The notes beneath the pieces are model-generated. The model had not been told where the DNA came from. It ran no database searches and saw only the letters and a program-made list of their open reading frames with translations. From Sphagnum compactum (lineage: Eukaryota), in assembly GCA_965153455.1 (NCBI GenBank), contig OZ234493.1:25720213-25784212 (forward strand): DNA of 64,000 bases, written 5' to 3'. Shown here piece after piece: positions 51,801-64,000 of the stretch. A program made the position numbers and the translations under genes. Within the stretch, counting starts at the first letter, position 1. Each line of letters starts with the position of its first letter.

Positions 51801-53211
51801 TAAGGGGCATAATTGAGGCATAGTTAGAAAAAAATAAAAAATAAAAAATACGTGAGTAAAAATATAAGATGCAATATATTGGTTGTTGAGTAAAAATAAT
51901 AAGTTAATTAATTAAAAATAAGGTACATTTTATCCAAATATTAATTGAATTATAATTTAAAAATATATTATAATCTGAGTTAATGAATTATAATTAATAT
52001 AGGGTGGCTTCATTATACATATATATTAAATAAGTAAGTAATAATAAATTGATAAAGATAAATTGAATAATTATTTAATACCCGCCCAAGAAATGGTCGT
52101 TGGACGCATGTAAATTCCAAACTTTACACTAAGTGTCCCTCCAAGACATAGTCAAATTTAACCGACATTTCTCGAATGAACCCACTGGTGAATGTTAACC
52201 AACTTAAAGCACAACCAAGAGGCGACATTATTCATAGAAATAATGAGTGAAAACCCATTGAGTAAAAAAGTCTCTAAAAATAAAAAAATTGTTTTCCTCC
52301 TCCAAAAATGGAATTGGAAGGTTTTTTTTTCTCCCCCCTTTTTTTTCTACAATGGCGTGCAACACATTGAGCTTTTCATCATTTCATTATTTCTCCAAAT
52401 ATAGAGGCTGTATCCATTCATTGCATGATCCTTGCCTGCCACTATTGAAGTCCTGCTACAGGGAAGCTGCTACCTAACCAACCTCCTTTATTTTCTCTCT
52501 TGGCTAAAGTCCCTTTGTTGGGACCTTGTTTTATTTGAAGCAGCAATAATAACAACAAACACCTACTTACACTTCAAAGCTTCAGAACACAAAAATGGGT
52601 TTGCTTCCTTGTCATGTGCCACAACATGGATCATGGGCTGTTTTCTGCTGGGGCTCAAGAGAGTCAAGTGAATCTTATAGTTTTGGTCTCCCACCCCCTC
52701 CACCAAACTTTCTTTATTGACCTCTCCCTAAAATTATTTAATACTAGCATGCTGAATTTCAAAGGCTTTTCATATACTTGTAGTGCAAGAGCAGCTTCAA
52801 CACATGTCTCTCAAATAATTAATTTATTATGAATATTTCATGTTGAAAATTTGAATATTCCACAATATTGGCTTGTATACCTACAACCTAAAATTTGACC
52901 AAATGGCATTCCCAATCAATAAGCCAAACAAAAGTCATTTTCGGGAAACCCTTGTTGGAGCGACCCTCAGGCTTATTATTAAATACGTACACCCATGAGC
53001 AAAGAAGAATGCCAAGAAAGAAGGGGACAGTGTTTTCCGGTTCTTAATTTGGGCAGGGGAAAAATCATCATAATTTGTTATTTTATTTTGTAATTTTGAA
53101 ATCAACCAAATTTGAAGCTTGACATGCTTACAAATTGCAAGAGAAATGGCGAAAAGGGAATGCTAAAGAAATTGGGGGAAAAAAGTAGTGAGTGGTATGG
53201 GATGACGTTAT

Positions 53212-53575
53212 AAGATATGTGAAATAATAATAATTTGTCAAAAGGTCTAGTTGAAATGAGATACGTGAAATAATAATAATAATTTCCAAAAGGTCTAGTT
53301 GAAATGAGATATGTGAAATAATAGTAATTCACAAAAGGTTTAGTTGAAATGAGATGGGTGAAATAATGGTAATTCGCAAAAGGTCTAATTGAAATGAGAT
53401 GCGAGGAATAATAATAATTCGCAAAAGGACTAGTTGAAATGAGATGCATGAAATAATAATAATTTGTGGAAGGTATAGTTGAAATGAGATGCGTGAAATA
53501 ATAATAATTCACAAAAGGACTAGTTGAAATGAGATACATGAAATAATAATAATTTGCAAAAAGTCTAGTTCAAAG
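53212..53575. repeat. 45-bp minisatellite, ~8 copies
   Basis: (G/A)TTGAAATGAGAT core at 53250, 53298, 53343, 53388, 53433, 53478 and 53523, with a partial copy at 53568. This explains the 15-aa repeat ORF 53102-53539. Confidence 0.92.
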
Positions 53576-54960
53576 AAGGGAACTTTTATAGATAGTTGTC
53601 AAAATTGTTGAGAATCAAAACTCTCAACTTCTGAATAATTATTTATTGTCCTAACCATTGGGTTATTATTACAAATATGAAATAAAGAGGTGTACTTTGC
53701 ATACTTGTTCCTCATAAGTTGAAATTCTAGAGAACTAAATTTGAAACAGCCTAACCTCATTTCCTAAAGAAAATAAATACTCAGCCAAGAAGTGCCTGAA
53801 TATGAATCATAGGTATATGGTAGTAAAGATATGGCAGGTAGAAGAGGAGTGTTATGGGATATAGTGGCTCCAAGAGTTGGGGGGAAATGGAAAGATACCC
53901 AATATGGTGTAAGACTCACAATTGATATAAATAAGGTGGATAGGTACCTTGGATTGGTAGTTTTAATGGAGCAAGCTTTGGGATTTTTTATTTTTTAAGT
54001 TCGCAAAGTGAGCCCTTGGGTGCGTTTAGACCCATGTTTGATGCAACTTTATAAGGTCATAGGTTTCAAGGGTAATTTTTAGGGGCCGAGGAAGATCCGC
54101 AAAACTAAGGAGGTTTCATAGATGAAGAGATTGCAAGAACTAATTTTATATGGGCTACACCATACAATAGACCATACAAATGAAAGAAGAATGAACAACT
54201 GCACAGACATGACTCATGTAGCACTAAGAAACTTCTCAAAAACCAACAACTATAAGTCTAATGGACCCATCTGTAATGCCACATTTGTGACAGCAATATC
54301 AGACTCATATATATCACAAATTGAATTCAATTTGTGATAAGATGCCTTCTGAAGTTGCACCTACCAACTATAACATCAAATTTCTGTTGAAAATAAAAAG
54401 ACGTAAACTAAATTGTGCATGAATTTCTTCTGCCATGCTTAATTTCATCAAAACAGATTTCACCAAATTATGGTCAAGCTCTGCTGATTGATATGTAAAA
54501 GAGAAAATGAATCACATTTGTGTTGTCCTCTGAAAGGAATTCTAAAATCAGTCATCTGAATAAAATATCGATCTGCAGTTTCATATCACTAGGAGCTATC
54601 CAATGTCATTTGTACAAGGTTCACTTTGAATTCATCTCCATTCTAAAGTCATGGTGTAAGGCAATATGGTGAAGAAAATTCACCAAAGAAGGAAGGCTGA
54701 TGTTCAGACTTACATGGGCATTAATAAATGTGTTCTTTGAGGTGAAGTTGTCTGCAAGTGTACAAAAGTGTTAAACTTTTGGTAGGTGCATACCTACCAA
54801 GAAAAAAAAATTGAGGTTGTCAAGACATAAACTCTTTCAGGACTTTAAGATGCACCCAATTCTGTGTGGGCACTCTCCAGGTCTAGCTGGGCCAGATTCT
54901 CATCCTATGCACACAACCACAGGTGTCATGGTTATTCAACAAATCCAATGAGCAAAATCT

Positions 54961-56299
54961 TCAATCAACCTGCTGCTCATGACCCTTGCAATTTATAACT
55001 TTACTGTGCTGTAGAGCAAACCACCAAAAAACTGCATGTCTACCAGCAGTATGCTGGGTATAACTGAAATCAAACAGGGTATTAGCACTTCTCTGCTTTG
55101 ATTGCTTACCATTTCAGCCCCTTGTCCCTCCTTTGAAGCATCTAACAAAAGACCATTTCCTCCGGACTTTGGTATGCTTTCGTCATTCAAACTCTCAGTG
55201 CCTAACTCCTTGTGGTCATTTACTGCATTCAACTCCTAAAGAGCCCCATGTGACTGCATCAGTGGGACCATTTGCAGGACTCATAGTCACATCCATTATA
55301 GGAGATGAACAAGATCACAATCTATCATGATAAGTCAGTCAGTGTGCATGCCATATGCTCCTCATGATTGCGATAATCACCGTCAAATTGATCTACTAGA
55401 AACCTCACTGGTGCATCCCAGGGGTTAAGAAAGCTGTTGCAAGTAAGAAGACCACTTAAGGTAAAAGTCAGCAACAAAAATTACAAAACTGACCATCAGG
55501 TTAGAAGCCACATAAATGCACACTTCCAAATAGATAGAAAATGTCTCGAATTCCACCTCTGAAGGATTAGATGGGATGTCTTCATGCAGGGAACCATCAA
55601 CAGTATCCATAGCTTGTGGTTGCTCACTCTCTTCTTGGTTAAGAGCTTCAGCTTCCACAGCTGCTTTCTTCTCCTCTTCTTCTTTTCTCTGAGCTTGCAA
55701 AACTGCTACCTGTATCACACACAACAGCACTGCAAGATCAAATAACCTCAAGAAAACAAGCTTGTCATCAAGTGCGTGCAGTTTCTGCAAAAATACAAGC
55801 TTTACAGCTTCTGAAGCTCTCATAACAAAATATTTGGTTCAGAGTAGACATGCTTGCTCAGATACTCTCAGCCCAAAGCACATAGAGAAATATGACACAT
55901 TGAGAACCTACAGGCAAGAACCGCAGAGCTTTTGGTGGTGTTGCTTCCTCAGTGGTGACCTCCTTACCTCCTGGAAATCAATTTGCAACAGAAACTCTAT
56001 AAGAAGATATATCTCCTCTGCTGCAACAGGAAAATATGATGAATCACGAAGTGTCTGCAAACAACCCTAACTGGGAGTCTCTTCACCCTCAAGGCTTCTA
56101 TCTCCTAATGAAGGCAGAAAACTTGTAGCCACCTTATGGGCAGCACCTCTGCTACTCCCATTCTTCCCAAAGCACACGGAAGTCCTTCTATTGCCGTACT
56201 TGGGATGCCTGATGCAGCCAGTGAACCGCCATCTGGCTTCACTTGACTAAACCCTAAACCTAAACCCCACTATGATTAACATCAAGCAAAGCCCGCCAG

Positions 56300-56359
<60 letters not shown>

Positions 56360-56637
56360 GCATCTAAAGCCACTCGAATGTAGCCATGAACCCTAAACAA
56401 CAGAGCTTTGGTTTTAAACCCTAGCACGACGAAGGACATACCATTGGCATTGGACGGTGGCGCAAGGGGAAGCCACTTGTACAGAAGAATTCGAGAGCTG
56501 GAGGCGGAGGGCGACGGAGATGCAAATGGCGTCCACGATTTCCGCCATCTCCTCACTTTTCCTTGAAAAACAGAAGCTGGTCCATGCCTGGTTGACGACC
56601 TGCTTCCCATCCTGGTGGTTCCCGCGCCTCCCTCCAT
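54961..56637 (-). CDS. BCL7-domain protein (SWI/SNF subunit, BDH/BCL7-like), 5 exons, ~180 aa
   Basis: Exons 56637-56442, 55970-55912, 55709-55557, 55235-55110 and 54969-54961, all GT-AG; 543 nt. MEG..RMGSRSSTRHGPASVFQGKVRRWRKSW..ILLYKWLPL..EEATPPKALRFLPVAVL matches the plant BCL7-like pattern. The last exon is the least certain. Confidence 0.85.
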
Positions 56638-56928
56638 CTGTGATTCGCGCACCCTATTTTCTTCTCCTCACCCACTACAAAAAACAAACCAAAAAACCCT
56701 AAATTATATTTCCTCCTTCCTCGAGTACACCTATCATCACCCAATCCTCCTCCTGCTGCACATTACCCCCGATCCCTGCCTCCATCTTCTTCTTCTTCTT
56801 CTTCCTCGCACCCTTTTTTCTTCTTTAACCCAAACCCCTAAAAAACAACAGATTTTCTTCTGCTTGAAGAAGAATCACTCGATCCTTACACAAGAGTTGG
56901 AAACATCAACAGAAGCAGGGCTTGTTAC

Positions 56929-57044
56929 ATTTAGGGTTCAAGGTTCAGGGTTTGTCACAAGTTAGCATGGTTTAGGGTTAGGGTTTGTCACAAGTTAGCA
57001 TGCTTTAGGGGTTTAGGGTTAGGACGCTCGTGAGGCCACGTGGC
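56929..57044 (-). promoter_or_regulatory. Promoter of BCL7-like gene: telo-boxes, duplicated 22-bp motif and perfect G-box
   Basis: TTTAGGGTT three times, GGGTTTGTCACAAGTTAGCATG twice, and the palindrome GCCACGTGGC at 57035-57044. Confidence 0.55.
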
Positions 57045-57359
57045 ACCTTGTCCACATCAAAATTTGTAGGTTGAAATCATAATTTTGGGGTCAAATTTTG
57101 GTGAAATTCACCCAAAAGAAGCAATGGAAAGGACTCTTCTCACTAGTTTGGTGGATCAATTTATTACATGTAATTGAAAAAACATACACTACTTGAGGTA
57201 ATTTTCCATTAGGCCATTTTGAACACACATTGTGCCTTATAATTTTCCCTTAAATATTTCCCTTTAGATATTATCATTGTCATCACATAGGTTCAAAGGT
57301 CAAGCATTGACCCCAAAAAAAGTTTTAAAAATGTAGAATGATGAGAGTTGTGAATCAAT

Positions 57360-60208
57360 GGAGGAAAAAAGTGTGGGTTTATTTCATGAAACATAAAAGT
57401 GAAGTGTTCATTCAAATTTTGAATTTAAAAAAAATGATTGAAAAGGAGAGAGACATGAACATAAAATGATCAAGGTCTAATGAAGGGGAAAATATTTTTC
57501 AAATGAATTATTTGAAAAATATGTACTTAAAAGAATAAGACACTTAAATGAAATATTCATGCAATTAATTCTCATAACAAAATGAAATTGTTGAGAAAAA
57601 GAACAAGCAAAAGTAACACATGTCATACTAAATGAAAAGAATTTGTCAAATTATTTTTGGGCAAAAGTAATGGTGACTTTAGTTTACATCCTGAACAAAA
57701 CAACTATAATAATAGTAGTTCATAACATGACATTTGATAATAAATTCATAAAATAGAAAGCTAGATACTTCACAACTAAAAATATTTGGTTGAATTACAT
57801 ATGTGCATGTCCCTAATGAGAAGAGAACCAAGTTAGATTAAACAATTTACAAATCCACCTTCTTTGAATATTCCTTGGAACAGAAGGGGTATAAATGTTT
57901 TAACCCTCCCATTTGAATTTGCAAATGAGTTAAAATGTTTTTTATGAGATGAACAACTAGTATTTACCAATGAAGATAATAAAAGATGGAGAGGTTAGAA
58001 ATGATAATGATCCACCAAATCTAGAGAAAAAGTCACAATTGATTAATGAATCAAAAAAATATTTCATTAACAAGTCCAATAATATTTCATGGAAAAGAAG
58101 ATTGAAATGTTCGAACATTATTCATAATGGTGTTCAAACGTCATTCGGACATTTTCATGTGGACGATGAGTTTAATGACTTTAAAGAAAACATGGATGAA
58201 TTTATTTTTTAAAATTCAATTTGTAATCCTAAAATTTGAAAGACAAAAAAAAACTTTGAAAATTTTTAACAACATTATTATAATATTGTAGTGCCTTTAC
58301 CATTTCAACAATAGATTGTTGAATAATTAATTAAATTTTAAATCTTAATTTCGGCACTTTGTTTTTTAATTCTAAAATTTTTGGCAAGTAATGATTATAT
58401 ACAATAATTGACATAATGGATGTAATGTTATGGAACAATCTAATGTGTCTAGACTATTCTAGAATTAAGACCATGCCTTTGAAGGTCTAGGGTTCAAACC
58501 CTAACATTGAAAGTTTGAGGTTTCAAATCCTGGTAGTGGAATTTTTTTATTTTACTAAAATTTTGACACAAATAATAAATAATTATTCAAAATTTCGGCA
58601 AAACAAAAAATAATTTAATTTATGCCGAAATGGTAAAGATATTATGGTATGAATACTCACACCATGTGAAAAGAATTTTGGGTATGATGGATTTGTAGCC
58701 TATCATTATGCATACATGATCAAGGTCATACAAGGGGTAAAACACAATTGTTTTAATTAAATGATAAAAACCACAAATGGGAAAATGTCATGGATGAAGA
58801 GATGACAGCATTGGATGCCATTGTTATTTGGGGGAATTGATGACTTTGCCCAAAGACAAAAAAATAATTAGGTGCAAATGGTTGTACAAGATCAAACACA
58901 ATGTGGATAAATATTTGAATAGATAAAAAACAAGATTTGTTGCCAAAGGTTATGCTCAAACCTATGACATAAGCTATGAAGAAATATATAACCTCATTAT
59001 TAAAATGACAACAATGCATAAAACAATAATTGTTATGACAATAATAAAAGGATGGTCTTTACATTAGATGAATATAAAAAATGCATTTTTACATAAAAAT
59101 TTGTCAAAAATATATACATGGAACAACCATTAAGTTATGTGGACCAAACACATTTTGATTTGGTTTTCAAGTTAAAGAAAACTTTGTATGGCTTGAAGTA
59201 AATACCTAGAGCTTGGTTAAATAAAATAAGTTAATGTCTTGTCATAGGTGGATTCCAAATATTCAATGTAGATTTTTCATTTGATGTAAAGTGGACAAAA
59301 TATGGGATTATAATCATAATTATTTATGGTGCTGACTAAATTGTCATAAGACATAATTATATAAATAATTTTAATTTGAAGAAGCTTTTGAAAAGAAAGT
59401 TTGAAATGGAGAATTTAGAAAATTGCACTAGTTTTTGACATTAAGGTGATCAAATCTTCAGAAAGAATACAATTATTACTAAAGCAATATGTTTTGAACA
59501 AGTTATTCAAGTATGGATAACAACTTACAAACTTATTTCGATTCCATTAGAACAAAATGTGAAGTCCAATGTAAATGAACTTATGAAAGACATTATTACA
59601 TGTACAAACACATGATAAATAATTTGATTTACATGATTATCATAAGGTTAAATGTGAGTTATGTAGTTGACATGATGAATCAATTCATGTAGACATTATG
59701 AAAACCACATTTGGATGTAGTTAGATGCATATTCAAATACATCAAGCACATATGTTTTAATATGGAATCTTCTATGAGGTTAAAACTTAACTATAATACA
59801 TGGGTACATTAATGTTAATTGATTTGACAACATTTCAAACAAGGTATTAATGGACCATTTCATGTTTTATTTTAGGAATAATGTTATTAATTGAAGCAAC
59901 AAAAAAAATCAAAATTTTCATTATCAAGCATGGAAGTTGAATAGAAACGTGCAACAATAGTTGCATGTGAAATAATTTGGTTATAGATTCACTTTTAAAT
60001 TTGGCACAATTAATGGATGTTGTATTTGTCATTTATTGTGATAACAAAAATAACATATTATTTGTTAACAATCGAATTTATCATATTAAAACAAAACACA
60101 TCAATGAGAAACATGTGCACCAACATTTTATAAGAAAAAAAATTTATTATAGGAAATTTTTTTTTTGTTCATGTAATCATTGAAGATTAGGTTGCTAATA
60201 ATTTTAAC
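57360..60208 (+). mobile_element. Decayed Ty1/copia retrotransposon pol (integrase-RT-RNase H order)
   Basis: KVWVYFMKHKSEVF (57368ff, integrase), AKGYAQTY.ISYEE (~58940, RT), degenerate IYVDD (~59322), IYCDN..N.IYH.KTKHI (~60030-60100) and ED*VANNF (~60182, RNase H). Many stops; LTRs not identified. Confidence 0.88.
58286..58647. mobile_element. TA-flanked (Tc1/mariner-like) MITE nested in the copia
   Basis: Left TA|TTGTAGTGCCTTTACCATTTCAACA versus right TGCCGAAATGGTAAAGATATTATGG|TA; the mismatches are transitions. Confidence 0.65.
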
Positions 60209-62525
60209 TAGTGTTGTGTAGGTATAACTTTTACCCGGATATACCCATCGCGTATGGATAAGGTATATTGTATATCTTAATTTAATTTTTGAAAATAAAT
60301 ATTTCTTAATGAAGTGCATATCCTAGGATATGTAAATCTAAAAATTTATAACCTATTCAGAACCTTGGATATATTTTTTAAGTACCCTTACCCAAAATCG
60401 AATATGTTTTGGCAATTGGGTTTTAAAAAAAAATCTAAACCTTAAAGATGCCGCCATATGGATTGTTAATCTTATGTGGTACTAATTGTATCATTGTTGT
60501 CTCACAATGACATTTTTTTCCCAACTTTTATTGATGTTGCTTTGAAGTTTGCATAAATTAGTAAAAAACTTCATTTGACAATGTTAATATCTATTAATAA
60601 AAGGCTAAAAAAATATTCCATCATTGTTTAAGATCAAGGAAAAGGTTGGAAAAACACTTAAATAATCGTCACATGCAAAAAGTTAGACTTATTTAATTGG
60701 AACATTAGGTTTTGGCAACATTGAACAATCACATTTTCTTGTGTAAATTTTTCTTGTGTTCTTTTTCTTTATGTTTATCTAATGTTTTCTTCTTATGATT
60801 TGTTTATTGAATTTATTTTATTGTCGAAGGTATTTGTTGTGCATTTTTTTTATTGAAGCCCAAAAAAGAAGACTTGTGTAGTGGATTAAAAAAATTCGTT
60901 TGCCTCAAAACTAAATTTGTGCAATATAAAAACAAGTTTTTTGTCCTCTTTTGTTTTTTTGACCTTTTCATGGACTTCTAGACCACAAGTAGGTCTAGGA
61001 TCGAAACTATGTATGTTTATTACATAGCTATGGAAATTTATGTTCTTATTTACACAATTATCTTTTCACCTTTCTACTTTCTATGTACAATTATTATGCC
61101 ACACCATTATCTTAACATGGGTTTCACACATTCATAAACTATGCCAAAACTTTTCAAGATTAAAATTTCAATTCCCTTCACAATTTTATCCCATGAAACT
61201 TTAAACTCATATAACAATTTATTTTCATTAAGTGAAGGTATTTCCAAAGGTCCCAGACACCCACTTATATATTAACCAAAAAATAATAAACAAAAAAAAT
61301 TCGAAAATCATACACATCACATGGCTCACCATGTGATTCAACATGCACATTAATTTGTAGCATGATTTTTTTAGTGAGTCACCAACTTGGAGTCATGCAC
61401 ATTAATTTATGCAAAGATTTATTTTGCAAATCACCATCCTTAAGTTATGCACATTAATTTGTGTAAAAACTTTTCTTATGAGTCACTATGTTTGAGTCAT
61501 GCACATTAATTGAAACTATAACTAATTGGAGATGACTCACGAAACCATTATTAAATTATAAAACCCAACCACTAAATAAATACCAAAATTAACCCCTAGG
61601 TAATTAAAAAAATAATAAAATTTTTATATCAAATTACATACATCCACCAATGGAATAAACACAGTATAGTGCAAAAGTTATTTTCCTTTCTTGTTTTTCT
61701 AGCCTCTTTGTGGACTCACAATTTTTTTCATCATTTTTATCAAATCAACTACATGTTTTTATTTCCTTTGTGGGCCCACATGATTTTTATCCTTTTGTTC
61801 TACATTTATTTCCTTCCATCTAGAGCCAATGGGAGAAAAACATTTCATCATCTATTTATTTTTTAAATGATTTTAAGTAATATGAAAACAAAAAATAATT
61901 TTGTGTTATGTTTATTGCCCACATGGGCTTTTATGCGATACTATATTATTTGAAAGGATATTTTTTAATGTTTTTGCATGTCAGAAACAAAAATTATGGT
62001 AAGAGTTTTTAGTATATAATTTATAACAAAGAGATCCCATACAAAGGAAGTAACATAACATTAATCTTATTATATTTCATATGTAATTGAACATAATGAA
62101 TATATAATGAATATAAATTGTATATTTTATCCAGAAATGTTTCATAATATTTTCATTTTGTGTGACGTTTAACATTAAATAGTTGAATTCAATTTTTAAA
62201 TTAATCCTTACATTTTCATATGAGGATTTATGCATTACATCCCATTGAATTTGGACTTTTAAAATTATTTTTGCATGGACGATTTCTTTTATTTTAATTA
62301 ATTAAATAAAAAGATACATAATCATTTTTTACCCCAACCATGAATATACGATAGATGGAATCCATGCCTTACCCATCTACCAAAAACCATAAATTTTTTA
62401 TACCCGGACCTGAACTTAATGGAAAAAAAATGTTAATATATCCTAACTTTTCAGGTAAATAATTGAAAATTTTAATATATTTTAACCCTTAGATTTATTA
62501 AAAACAATATATCCACACAACACTA
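60209..62525. mobile_element. Non-autonomous hAT element (2.3 kb) at the end of the copia RNase H
   Basis: TIRs TAGTGTTGTGTAGGTATA / TATATCCACACAACACTA. 8-bp flanks ATTTTAAC (60201-60208) and GTTTTAAC (62526-62533). Internal ~52-bp tandem ATGCACATTAATT x4 at ~61340-61510. Confidence 0.85.
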
Positions 62526-64000
62526 GTTTTAACTTATTACGTTGTTATTTGTTACCTAATGGAACTATTTATTTACTGAACTATATTGCATAGGTTCACC
62601 TACTTACTTACCTACTTATTTACATATTTATTGAATCGATTTATTATTCGTTTTGAATGTCATTTTGATTTTTCTTGTTGGACAAATCAATTAATCAAAA
62701 CAATTATTAGAAAAATCATATTTATTTAATTATAAATATTATTTAAAATAAATAAATGTCGCATTTAATTAAAAAACATTTATTAGATGTGTCCATTTTT
62801 TTGTTTTATTTGACTAAATGTCACATTTTATCAAATAATTTTAAAAGTCCATTTAGTCAATTGAATTATTCAAAACTAACATTTTCATTTTAACAATTAG
62901 AGTTTTTAATTAAGTTAAACAATTTGAAAATTTATGATTTGTAGTTATGTTATGATTAAAAAACATATAAAATTAACCATTAATTCCACCTTAGGTAGGT
63001 TGTGGTAACATGTTTGCCCTCATAAATATTTGAAGTTTTGTTATTTAAAAAACATTGAAATTCAAAATCCATGACCTTTTTCCATTGTAATGAATTTTCA
63101 CTACTTTTAAAGCCTTCATAAAATACGTTGATTAATGTTGGATTTTTTTTCCATCTATTAAGGAATTATTCCATTTGCTTTCTTTGGATATTGATTTAGA
63201 ATTATATGTTGAAAAACAAATTCACCCTTCATTTTTTTTTCAATTAAAAACCATATATTTTGATTGAAAATCCAAATTTGAAACAGTGTTTTTTTATAAA
63301 AAATTTCGATTCATAAAAAATAATATCATGATTATATTAACATATTAGTTCACAAGTTGTATGACTTCTATTTTTGAATCATTTCATTATAACCAATGGA
63401 TATGCATTTGACACTTTGGAACTCAATTTTGTCCTTGTTTTTGTGCCACATGAACAAATGAAACATGATAAAAAACATGCAAATGATAAATGGAAGGTTC
63501 ATTAACACATAAAACATTTTTGTGTCATGTTTGAATTGATTTTGGAAAGAATTTGATTTTGAACATATGTTATAGTTGCCACTGCTTCCATCCAAAAGCA
63601 ACATGGTTAACTTCATGTGTTGCAAGTTATAGCATGCATCACATTTTCAACAAATTTCTGATTTATTCTTTTACATATTCCATTTTGATCTAGAATGTAT
63701 GGAATGATTGATTGTTTTACTATGTTATTTTCCTTTTAAAACATATTAAATTTTTCAAAGATATGTTCTCCACCTTTATCGCATTTGATTACTTGGCACT
63801 CGTTTTTAGTTTGAATTTTCATCAAAACTTTAATATCCTTGAACATATCAAACACATCAAATTTAGTTTCCATGATGTAAAAGTATGTTTTTAAAAAAAA
63901 ATCATCAATGAAAAATAAATAAAAATCCATTCAAGAAATGTTGTTAACACAATATCACATAACTCATGATCAATTCATGTTTTGAACAAGGTTATTCATA

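Noticed and set aside
53212..53575. CRISPR-like regularly spaced repeats
   Set aside because: The whole 45-bp unit is repeated with no unique spacers, there are no cas genes, and the context is eukaryotic.
58480..58540. tRNA-like B-box motifs (GGTTCAAACCC, GGTTTCAAATCC)
   Set aside because: No cloverleaf, acceptor stem or A-box can be built; it lies inside a MITE.

Overview
Eukaryotic land-plant nuclear DNA: GT-AG introns, TTTAGGG-type telo-boxes, dense microsatellites and heavily C-to-T-decayed transposons. The repeat style suggests a bryophyte such as Sphagnum, which is an inference only. Four apparently intact genes can be assembled by hand. (1) A 7-exon autoinhibited P2B Ca2+-ATPase (ACA; - strand, 7707-11934, 1045 aa). 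(2) A 2-exon, 53-aa TOM5 that the ORF track misses (+, 25114-25626). (3) An intronless MEKK-type MAPKKK of the MAPKKK13-21-like group (-, 28778-31102). (4) A 5-exon BCL7-domain SWI/SNF subunit (-, 54961-56637). There is also an intron-containing pseudogene of a mitochondrial dicarboxylate/tricarboxylate carrier (+, 2633-4882). The rest is a mosaic of hAT, Tourist-like and TA-TSD MITEs, decayed hAT transposases, a decayed Ty1/copia, a probable LINE remnant and minisatellites. I found no CRISPR array, tRNA, rRNA or clearly new multi-gene system. The best leads are an (ATG)8 microsatellite-initiated uORF ending 7 nt before the ACA start, two strong hairpins (33402-33479 and a perfect 35-bp inverted repeat at 42879-42974), and the unusual insertions and tail of the MAPKKK.
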